A stretch of DNA of 62,420 nt, filler included, from Nemertoderma westbladi (Eukaryota; Animalia; Xenacoelomorpha), in assembly GCA_032718475.1 (NCBI GenBank). It is 4 parts of 4 records of this genome, joined end to end, with 100 filler letters (N's around TTAATTAATTAA, not from the genome) between each part and the next. Parts side by side here need not be neighbours in the genome. Positions count along the whole stretch, not along the records: positions 23,343 to 49,651 come from JAUCBJ010004205.1; 3 more parts are not named here. One strand, written 5' to 3'. Shown one piece after another: positions 26,271-37,500 of this stretch. The notes below the pieces were generated by a model that did no database searches, was not told where the DNA came from, and saw only the letters and a program-made list of their open reading frames with translations. The translations under genes and the position numbers were made by a program. Within the stretch, counting starts at the first letter, position 1; every line of letters begins with the position of its first letter.

Positions 26271-26666
26271 CCGGTGTAGCAGAGAATTTCCACCCCCTGG
26301 TTAAAATTCCCTAGTGTATTTTCACCCCCCGGTTAGAATTCACTAGGGTATTTTAAGCGGGGATGAAACTACTCTGGGTGATTTTTTAGTGAAATTTAAA
26401 GCTTAAAGTTAAGCGAACAGTCGACCACAGATACAGTACACGCTGAAGATTTGTTTATAGTACAGTACTGCAGAAGATACAAAAAATACACCGGAAGAGA
26501 ATACACTAGGGAAATTTAACCGGGGATTGATTTTCACAAAGTGAAAATTTATAAATGCTGGGGGTAGTTTATATACATACACCCCGGAGTGAGAATACAC
26601 TAGGTACTGTAATTTTAACCGGGGGAATGATTTTGTATGGGGAGTGAAAATTCTCTGTTACACCGG
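26271..26666. mobile_element. TA-flanked MITE in the ESD intron (copies at 28115-28510 and 29959-30354)
   Basis: TIR CCGGTGTA(G/A)CAGAGAATTT; TA on both sides (Tc1/mariner-like). Confidence 0.8.
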
Positions 26667-27100
26667 TAAGCGTCAGGCAGGCGGTACTTAACTACAGCCT
26701 ACGCCCAACACTGCTATTAATATACAACTTTATAAATTGGATATTTAATTTTCATGCAGGATACAGACATATGTTGGGGCCTCCACCCTAATGAAAACTA
26801 TCATCGGGGTGTCATCAGATCATATAACCCCAAAACTAGAGCCTAATCTAAGAAATTCATCTGAAATTCGCCCTGTGATTTACCTTACTGTACTGATTTA
26901 AAGTAAAGGGTAAAGTCAGAATTAAGCAAAGGGCCTAGCCTACGTCTACATTCAGACATTACCGGTAGGCCTATCTTAGATAATTTTAGATAAACGAAAT
27001 TCAATTAAACGAATTAATCGAATAAGGCAGTAAGGTGTTGGTCTACTATTGTACTGTACAGTCTCCCAAACTCAGAAGGGAAAAAGAGGTCAACACTAAC

Positions 27101-27481
27101 TGAAGTTATATATGAATCCATCTTGTAATTCTCTGCCCATGGGGACTGAGTTGCGTTTAGGTAGAATCCGGCTCCGGAGCCGAAATCGTACGATTCGTCC
27201 TCTCCGGGAATTCCCAGACCTCTAGGACTGGTATCCGGGGCAACCACAATTAACCCATGTCGGGACGCAGCGCTGTGGTAGTTGCCCTTAGTAACCACAT
27301 TTTGCTCTGTGCACGTGAGACCAGACAAGTAGTATAGGACAGGACATTTCTGGGAGACTGCCTTCGGAGGTAGGTAGACACCGAATGTCATCTTACACCC
27401 CAACACCGCGCTGTCGTGGGAAAACGTTTTCTGTAAACCACCAAACGCTTTGTTGGATGTATTCTGAATTATGTTAGCCAT
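27101..27481 (-). CDS. ESD: Esterase D, exon 1 (proximal copy)
   Basis: LSGLTC, PDTSPRG and GAGFY motifs; phase-0 donor TCA|gttagt. The spliced product is 284 aa. Confidence 0.93.
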
Positions 27482-28944
27482 GATCGATGAAGATAATAAT
27501 TATTATATAGTACAGTCTGACAGTTCAGTAGTAGCAGAGTAGGCCTATATACCGGTACAGTACCGTGTAATCTGGTAATACTGCTGACCTGACAGCCGGA
27601 CTACAGTACAGCAGTACTAAATACTGAAATACTGTAGGTACCAGGGACTACTTTTACTGTTAGACATTACTCATTTAGCATAAGTTACAAACTGAAACTA
27701 ATACTATTTTTGCAGACGACACAAACTGTCAGACAAACTGTCAAAGTTACAAACTGACATAAACAAACCTAATTATGGAGTTAAATGACCAATTACTAAC
27801 AGTACTACAATAGAATACATATTTATAAACTGGACTGACTACATGGTTCAATATTAACCGACTCTCTCTCTCAATATAAAAAAAAACACTTTAATTTCGC
27901 ATAACGAACAAACCTCTAAATTTGAACCCCAATGTGGCCTTTATCAGTATATAAAAACAATACACAAATTGAACAACGCAAAGTTTATAAAAATTTTACG
28001 CATCATGTTTAATTCCTGTAAAAATAATAAATAATCTGATGGTAATATAAAAGTAATTACTAAAACTAAAATAAATTTTCCCACTAAATATACCGCTATT
28101 TATACAGATATATACCGGTGTAGCAGAGAATTTCCACCCCCTGGTTAAAATTCCCTAGTGTATTTTCACCCCCCGGTTAGAATTCACTAGGGTATTTTAA
28201 GCGGGGATGAAACTACTCTGGGTGATTTTTTAGTGAAATTTAAAGCTTAAAGTTAAGCGAACAGTCGACCACAGATACAGTACACGCTGAAGATTTGTTT
28301 ATAGTACAGTACTGCAGAAGATACAAAAAATACACCGGAAGAGAATACACTAGGGAAATTTAACCGGGGATTGATTTTCACAAAGTGAAAATTTATAAAT
28401 GCTGGGGGTAGTTTATATACATACACCCCGGAGTGAGAATACACTAGGTACTGTAATTTTAACCGGGGGAATGATTTTGTATGGGGAGTGAAAATTCTCT
28501 GTTACACCGGTAAGCGTCAGGCAGGCGGTACTTAACTACAGCCTACGCCCAACACTGCTATTAATATACAACTTTATAAATTGGATATTTAATTTTCATG
28601 CAGGATACAGACATATGTTGGGGCCTCCACCCTAATGAAAACTATCATCGGGGTGTCATCAGATCATATAACCCCAAAACTAGAGCCTAATCTAAGAAAT
28701 TCATCTGAAATTCGCCCTGTGATTTACCTTACTGTACTGATTTAAAGTAAAGGGTAAAGTCAGAATTAAGCAAAGGGCCTAGCCTACGTCTACATTCAGA
28801 CATTACCGGTAGGCCTATCTTAGATAATTTTAGATAAACGAAATTCAATTAAACGAATTAATCGAATAAGGCAGTAAGGTGTTGGTCTACTATTGTACTG
28901 TACAGTCTCCCAAACTCAGAAGGGAAAAAGAGGTCAACACTAAC

Positions 28945-29325
28945 TGAAGTTATATATGAATCCATCTTGTAATTCTCTGCCCATGGGGACTGAGTTGCGT
29001 TTAGGTAGAATCCGGCTCCGGAGCCGAAATCGTACGATTCGTCCTCTCCGGGAATTCCCAGACCTCTAGGACTGGTATCCGGGGCAACCACAATTAACCC
29101 ATGTCGGGACGCAGCGCTGTGGTAGTTGCCCTTAGTAACCACATTTTGCTCTGTGCACGTGAGACCAGACAAGTAGTATAGGACAGGACATTTCTGGGAG
29201 ACTGCCTTCGGAGGTAGGTAGACACCGAATGTCATCTTACACCCCAACACCGCGCTGTCGTGGGAAAACGTTTTCTGTAAACCACCAAACGCTTTGTTGG
29301 ATGTATTCTGAATTATGTTAGCCAT
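28945..29325 (-). CDS. ESD: Esterase D exon 1 duplicate (copy 2)
   Basis: Identical translation, offset +1844. Confidence 0.75.
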
Positions 29326-30788
29326 GATCGATGAAGATAATAATTATTATATAGTACAGTCTGACAGTTCAGTAGTAGCAGAGTAGGCCTATATACCGGT
29401 ACAGTACCGTGTAATCTGGTAATACTGCTGACCTGACAGCCGGACTACAGTACAGCAGTACTAAATACTGAAATACTGTAGGTACCAGGGACTACTTTTA
29501 CTGTTAGACATTACTCATTTAGCATAAGTTACAAACTGAAACTAATACTATTTTTGCAGACGACACAAACTGTCAGACAAACTGTCAAAGTTACAAACTG
29601 ACATAAACAAACCTAATTATGGAGTTAAATGACCAATTACTAACAGTACTACAATAGAATACATATTTATAAACTGGACTGACTACATGGTTCAATATTA
29701 ACCGACTCTCTCTCTCAATATAAAAAAAAACACTTTAATTTCGCATAACGAACAAACCTCTAAATTTGAACCCCAATGTGGCCTTTATCAGTATATAAAA
29801 ACAATACACAAATTGAACAACGCAAAGTTTATAAAAATTTTACGCATCATGTTTAATTCCTGTAAAAATAATAAATAATCTGATGGTAATATAAAAGTAA
29901 TTACTAAAACTAAAATAAATTTTCCCACTAAATATACCGCTATTTATACAGATATATACCGGTGTAGCAGAGAATTTCCACCCCCTGGTTAAAATTCCCT
30001 AGTGTATTTTCACCCCCCGGTTAGAATTCACTAGGGTATTTTAAGCGGGGATGAAACTACTCTGGGTGATTTTTTAGTGAAATTTAAAGCTTAAAGTTAA
30101 GCGAACAGTCGACCACAGATACAGTACACGCTGAAGATTTGTTTATAGTACAGTACTGCAGAAGATACAAAAAATACACCGGAAGAGAATACACTAGGGA
30201 AATTTAACCGGGGATTGATTTTCACAAAGTGAAAATTTATAAATGCTGGGGGTAGTTTATATACATACACCCCGGAGTGAGAATACACTAGGTACTGTAA
30301 TTTTAACCGGGGGAATGATTTTGTATGGGGAGTGAAAATTCTCTGTTACACCGGTAAGCGTCAGGCAGGCGGTACTTAACTACAGCCTACGCCCAACACT
30401 GCTATTAATATACAACTTTATAAATTGGATATTTAATTTTCATGCAGGATACAGACATATGTTGGGGCCTCCACCCTAATGAAAACTATCATCGGGGTGT
30501 CATCAGATCATATAACCCCAAAACTAGAGCCTAATCTAAGAAATTCATCTGAAATTCGCCCTGTGATTTACCTTACTGTACTGATTTAAAGTAAAGGGTA
30601 AAGTCAGAATTAAGCAAAGGGCCTAGCCTACGTCTACATTCAGACATTACCGGTAGGCCTATCTTAGATAATTTTAGATAAACGAAATTCAATTAAACGA
30701 ATTAATCGAATAAGGCAGTAAGGTGTTGGTCTACTATTGTACTGTACAGTCTCCCAAACTCAGAAGGGAAAAAGAGGTCAACACTAAC

Positions 30789-31169
30789 TGAAGTTATATA
30801 TGAATCCATCTTGTAATTCTCTGCCCATGGGGACTGAGTTGCGTTTAGGTAGAATCCGGCTCCGGAGCCGAAATCGTACGATTCGTCCTCTCCGGGAATT
30901 CCCAGACCTCTAGGACTGGTATCCGGGGCAACCACAATTAACCCATGTCGGGACGCAGCGCTGTGGTAGTTGCCCTTAGTAACCACATTTTGCTCTGTGC
31001 ACGTGAGACCAGACAAGTAGTATAGGACAGGACATTTCTGGGAGACTGCCTTCGGAGGTAGGTAGACCCCGAATGTCATCTTACACCCCAACACCGCGCT
31101 GTCGTGGGAAAACGTTTTCTGTAAACCACCAAACGCTTTGTTGGATGTATTCTGAATTATGTTAGCCAT
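30789..31169 (-). CDS. ESD: Esterase D exon 1 duplicate (copy 3)
   Basis: Identical translation, offset +3688; one synonymous difference seen near 31067. Confidence 0.75.
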
Positions 31170-31863
31170 GATCGATGAAGATAATAATTATTATATAGTA
31201 CAGTCTGACAGTTCAGTAGTAGCAGAGTAGGCCTATATACCGGTACAGTACCGTGTAATCTGGTAATACTGCTGACCTGACAGCCGGACTACAGTACAGC
31301 AGTACTAAATACTGAAATACTGTAGGTACCAGGGACTACTTTTACTGTTAGACATTACTCATTTAGCATAAGTTACAAACTGAAACTAATACTATTTTTG
31401 CAGACGACACAAACTGTCAGACAAACTGTCAAAGTTACAAACTGACATAAACAAACCTAATTATGGAGTTAAATGACCAATTACTAACAGTACTACAATA
31501 GAATACATATCTATAAACTGGACTGACTACATGGTTCAATATTAACCGACGCTCTCTCTCAATATAAAAAAAAACACTTTAATTTCGCATAACGAACAAA
31601 CCTCTAAATTTGAACCCCAATGTGGCCTTTATCAGTATATAAAAACAATACACAAATTGAACAACGCAAAGTTTATAAAAATTTTACGCATCATGTTAGG
31701 CGAACATTTGCGCTCAAAACAACACTATGAAGAAATACCACCACACCAAAAATACTTATATCGTAAATTTATGGTAAGTATAATAATATGATGAATCGAT
31801 GGGGTGTATCCATATAGCGGACTGGTATCCCATCATATACCATATTGTACTTAACTCAATTTT

Positions 31864-32120
31864 AATAAGCATGGTGGACAGCCCATGACTTTCTGGAGAC
31901 GCCTCCTAAAGGACACTGGCCTTGAAAGCGAAAGTTATGGGGGATAGATAGGGAGTTGTGGCCTGCAACTTTGTTGATAAGCCGGCAAAGCATTCTTAAT
32001 GCACGCTGCATGGGGCTTGCCAATTGTGGATTGCATGGTGGTGACAAAATATTTTTGTTAAGCCAGCAGAATCTCAATGTGCAGCTTGAATGCAGAAGGC
32101 CGATTATAGATGGATAGATG
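31864..32120 (+). mobile_element. RTE LINE 3' fragment (type B UTR)
   Basis: Starts aataagcatggtggacagcccatgactttc like the other RTE copies; its UTR matches the reverse complement of 320-430. Confidence 0.8.
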
Positions 32121-32510
32121 AATCCGAATATATGTACTACACAGTACTACTGTAGTCTGAGCAGCCTCCCAACTCGTTTAGGACATGGATTCCCCTCAAT
32201 AAAGGATATGAGTAGGCCTTATATAAATTTCCTCCAAAACTGCTATCGCTGCTGAATACCCTTTGCTGTGAAACGGAAACGTATCCTTGGATATTTCAAT
32301 TTATCAGTGCGTTTTGAATAACTAAAATTAATTGTCCCTCTTTCAACTCCGTTACTAAAGCATAAACGTAGGTCTGGTTTACTATGAACGAACAATCTAA
32401 GCAGATGTTTATTGATCGGGGTCCGTTGAATAATTCTACTCAAATACAGTATTATGCATTTATTTTAGAAGCCTTAGTTTGAATGTAACTACAGTATGTA
32501 ACCATTGCAT

Positions 32511-33263
32511 TGTAGGGCGAGCCATGAAGTGAGCGAAGCCTTGGTATACATTATGGATATCATTAACGATTTGTCTGTCGTCGTCCACTTTGTAATCGCT
32601 ATTACTGTAACTCGGTCATTCCTTGATGGAATTAAACCAAACTAGGTACGTAGCAAAACAAACGTAGTCCGTCAAAAGTTTAGAAAGAATCTGAAGTTTG
32701 GTAAAAAATGACACCGTCTGTCAGTCTGTACCGGTAGTTTAAAACGACAAAAACGATTAGCTGAAATCCGAAATAAGTCGGCCATTCATTGCTAAAATTA
32801 AACCAAACTTGGTATAAATGTTGTTCAATAAAAGTTCAGAATGAATCTGAAGGTTAAATGGGTTAAATTTCATTATTGATTGATCGACTTATTTCGGTTT
32901 TTATCAAAAGTCTGAAACTACCAATACTGACAGACAGAATATCTGAAATTTGACCAAACTTCAGAATCTTTCTAAACCTTTGACAGACAAAATGTTTTCC
33001 ATGTTTGGTTTAATTTCATCAATGATTGACTGACTTATTTCGGTTTTTTATCAATTCTGAAACTACCGGTACCGACTGACAGACTATCCTATTTTTGACC
33101 AAACTTCCGAATCATTCTAAACTTTTGACGGACTACATACCTACCAAGTTTGGTTTAATGGCAGTTATTATCGGTCAAAAATTTACGACGATGACGACAG
33201 ACAACTCGTTAATGGTTACCTACCCATATGCTAAGGCTTCACTCACTTCGCGGCTCGCCCCAC
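32511..33263. mobile_element. Non-autonomous foldback element (DINE-1/Helentron-like family)
   Basis: Inverted termini tgt(a/g)gggcgagcc..gaagtgag.gaagcctt and internal inverted arms; related to 43297-43685. Confidence 0.7.
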
Positions 33264-33482
33264 AAATAAATAACTACTATACTAAATGAATGCAATTAAA
33301 TTTTCCGGCTATTCCTTTTTTAGATAATGTTCACGTAAAGTGCAGCAGGTAACAACATCGCTTTTATTGTTTTGATTAGAAAAATCCGCTCCTGTAACCT
33401 GCTCCTTTCCCTTAATTAGCAACATTATCGTTTATTGTTTAAGTTAGAAAAAGACGCCTCTGTAACGTGTAACCTGTAAAGG

Positions 33483-33680
33483 CGGGGCTAGATCAGTTGG
33501 TTGTAGGGCTGTCAGGATCCACTCAAACCTCTAAGTCCCTACGGGGTCGATAAAATTATTACCAAAATTTAGCATAGGAGTAGCAACCACCCCCCCCCCC
33601 CCCCCCCCCCCCCCCACCTTCGGATATTAGCGAACAACTTCGGCTCTCCTCCGGCTTCGGATCACTGTTTGCTAGATTTT
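33483..33680 (+). mobile_element. SINE remnant (Nin-like domain plus 3' tail)
   Basis: ccctacggggtcgataaaatta; the tail taggagtagc...gcttcgg...ctgtttgct is shared with the insert at 9241-9335 (minus). Confidence 0.45.
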
Positions 33681-34559
33681 GCTTTTAACCTGCTCCTTAA
33701 TTATTGTTTTCCAGGAGCGTCTCTAGTTGTGTGTAATTGCCTCTAAAGTCAACAACCGGTTTGTCTCAATCTAATCTGCACACCGATTATGGTCTCCTAT
33801 AGTCCTTCCATTGATAACCAACGCTTGCAGCATATTCTCCAGAGTGAGTGATGACACTGGAGCATATTTTTTTTACATCGGCTATGTCATTTACTCGATA
33901 TGTAAGATACCCGAGTTTTCTGTGCATGGACGCAATTATGTAAAACGATATAGTAATGACACCAATTACAATCTTATTCTTAAGTATAACAATATTGGTG
34001 ATATGCAACAGTAAACCTATGTAAGAAGCAATGTAAGAAAAGTAAATATTTTAAAAGCAAATTTAATTTTTTAACGAAAATTTTGTTTGAAAAATAAGAG
34101 GCTAAGACTAAGACTACAGGTATAAAACAATGTAACAACGGGCATCTAAGACAGGTAACAATAATATAATATCGTAGCTAAGTGTCATAAGGCCCTAAGT
34201 CAAAAATTGCTATTGTTCAGGATAGCCTATAAAATATTGCAGTAAAATATTGCCCAATAGGATTATTGGATTGCATTTTATCACGTAATAATCAACACTT
34301 CCTATTGGTTAAATAAAGTGTTTAAAACGTCACCAGCTGATAGAGCATGTATGACACTTAAGCTACGTTGCATAAAGTGAAATATATATGTAAATGATAT
34401 AATAATTATAAATACAATAGTTATTATTTATCTACAAAATAAAGTTATGATTCAAAAAAATAATTATTCCTTCACATTCATTCGTAATAACAACAAACTC
34501 AAATAATACGTCAACGATAAATATTGTATATCAGGGCCCCTAGATAGTATATATGGTCC

Positions 34560-37500
34560 CTAGGCAAGTTTCATAGCTAACTCATTGCACTTTGACAAAA
34601 GTGTAGACGAATTGTCCTTTAGGAAGTCCATAAGATGGCAACGCATCTCAGAAATATCAGGTTGATTGTCACAGGATGGAACATTAATAAGATCGTTAAA
34701 CAATTTCTTCCACAACGGAATCTTCCACCACCTCTTAAACGATCCCTTAACGCGGTATTCCCCTTTCTTCCCAGTCACCGATAGATACTCCCCGAATAGC
34801 ATTAGATAGACGGTGGAAGCCACACCGTAGGTGTCCGCTTGATAAGTCCACGGACGCCCCTCCAACATCTCCGGACACTCGGAGGAGCTGGTGTTGGATC
34901 GAGTAACGAACGTTGTACCTGGATCGAATAAACTCATGTCGATAGCTCGCCCGAAATCGATGAGTTGGATCGAGGACGGACGATAGGTTGGCTCCCCTAG
35001 ACGCTTCACTGATTCCGATATGCTATACAGAATTAGTAAATTATCCGGTTTAATATCAGCGTGGATAATATCAATTTTATGCAGCTGCTCTACAATTGTG
35101 AGTAGATCGAGAGTAATGAGAGCTACAAGCACCTCCGGTAAGCCATTACGTTTCTCTTTCTGGTATAGATTGACAACGTCGAGGACAGTTCCGGATGCCT
35201 CAACGTTGGAGACAATGCAACTCGACTTCTCGAAGAAGTAAACTGTTCGAAGTTGAATTATACAGGGGGTCAAATCGAGCGAACATTCCTGTAGTCTGCG
35301 ATGGACCTCGAGAATGATGTAGAACTCCCACGGTTTACTCGGGGACTCGAGCTTGAGGGCGACGTCTCTGATGTCGTTGATTATGAAGCCGCGAGCGTCC
35401 TCCCCCGCGGATACGAGACGCGCTCGGTAGATCCTGGCGAATCCGCCGACCCCCAAGGACCCCGTGACGGTGTAGACCTCCCGCCCGCTCCCGGAGCCCA
35501 CCGCGAAGTCGTGCCCGACACGGATTCGCGGACAGGCCGCGTCGGAGACGAACCGTCGCTCCGTGAACCGCACCAACTGGGCGCGCACCATCGCGTGGTC
35601 CGTGTCCAGGTTACGTAGCAACGCGGTGCACACGTCGCGACTGAAGGGGTCCCCCTGGAAGACCACCCCGCGGGTTCGAGTCATCTCCACCGGCAACTCT
35701 AACTCCGAATCGTCGCACATCGCGTGGATCCCGTACGCAGCGGAACGACGCTCCACCAACCCCGAAACCGCGCCACTCGAAACACTAAACGTGGTACCGA
35801 AACCGGCTACTCTTGTAACAGCAGGAAACCCAGCATCATTTACGGGTTCAACATGCGCCACAGCCACCCCCACGACTTCATCAGCGGAATCTTTCTGCAC
35901 TGCATCGCCAGCAGACAAACATCTCGTCCGTAACTGCCCGGTATCACCGCGCCGCGGCTCCTCTGTTTTATTAAACTGCGCGGCGGCCCCATAACTATTG
36001 GCGTTGCTATGACCCGTACTATGGGCGTTACTAGCCCAACCGTAACTATGTGCGTTAGTGGAAGCGTACTTACTGGATCCGCTACTAGCCGAGCTGTAAC
36101 ACTCCTTCGAGAGCTCCATAATAGTACTGAGAACCAGTTCATCGTTCTCTCTCTCCTCTTCCCTCGCCGGTTCCTCGCATTTCTCTTTCCTCAGCAGGTC
36201 GTCGACGTTGGGGCGAATCGAACTCGCGGGAAACGAAGGCAACTCTTGGATACTCGGGTTCATAGGCGTTGATATCATTCGCGCGCGCGCGTCGAAACCC
36301 ACGGACCCATCAATCGGCGCGAAGGTGGTATCCAACCAATCCGAGGAACGAACATTACTGGGAGGTTTATCTGAGGTCTGAATGGGATCCTGGAATATGG
36401 CGAAGGGCACTGAAGGGGGCACCACTGGGTGCTCCAAGATCGATTCATCTTCCTCCTGGTACCGCGGGTTCCACTCGATTGTGAGGGAATTCTCAAATCC
36501 GGCCATAACGTTCCGCAAGGCCGCCGCTGTGTGGATAGTGGGACTGGATATCCCGGACTGCTCCTGGTGGGGACTGGACGCCTCCGCCTGCTCCTGGAGA
36601 TGGGCTTTACTGAGCACCCGGACCAAGGCAACGTCCGAGTCGCGCGGTGTCGGACACTCGTCGGATTCAGTCAATGTCGGACCTTCGTCGGATTGCCGGA
36701 CAACTCCACCAAATGTCGGACACTCAACAAACTCAGATGATTCTTGCGTTGTTTTGGACCTAGAATTATCAGGTGATCGGTATATAGCGAATGCCGGTGC
36801 GAGAACTTTTGAATGTTGGGAATTATTACCGATTTCCGCAATACTGGACGATGGATTGCTGCAATTTATACCAGCGGGTTTATTTTCTGTGTTTATACCA
36901 GCGGGTTTATTTTCCGTGTTTATACCAGTGGGTTTATTTTCCGTGTTTATACCAGCGGGTTTATTTTCCGGGTTTATACCAGCGGGTTTATTTTCCGTGT
37001 TTATACCAGCGAGTTTATTTTCCGTGTTTATACCAGCGGGTTTATTTTCCGTGTTTATACCAGCGGGTTTGTTTTCCGTGTTTATACCAGCGGGTGTGTT
37101 TTCCGTGTTTATACCAGCGGGTTTGTTTTCCGTGTTTATACCAGCGGGTTTATTTTCCGTGTTTATACCAGCGGGTTTATTTTCGAGATTCATTATAGAA
37201 GATCGACTTATTGAGGAGGGTGGTGAGTCAGTTAACGGAGGAGTAGATAATGGCCTGCCGTCATTTACATCGGGTTCATTGCTACAAAGCCCAGTGTTAG
37301 AAGTCACGGGAGGCGGCTTCCGGAACAAATGCGTGTACGTCGGCTCATCGTAGGCCAAGGTTTGTGCGATCCGATCACGCCTACACCGACCTTGGAGGTC
37401 CCCATCCATCCGTCTACGATCAGCTTCGCTCTCTTTCCGAGCGTTCTCTATTGCATTACGTTCCTCCTCAATCTGCCGGAACACTCGCTGTAAATCCTCC

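Larger units (their letters stand above)
26166..31697. repeat. 1844-bp tandem triplication
   Basis: Units begin taattcctgtaaaaa at 26166, 28010 and 29854. Confidence 0.95.

Noticed and set aside
26409-26600. 63-aa ORF repeated three times
   Set aside because: Lies in an intronic MITE; repeated only because of the triplication.
36382-37353. 323-aa plus-strand ORF and overlapping repeat ORFs
   Set aside because: Antisense shadows of BUB1, kept open by the stop-free repeat.
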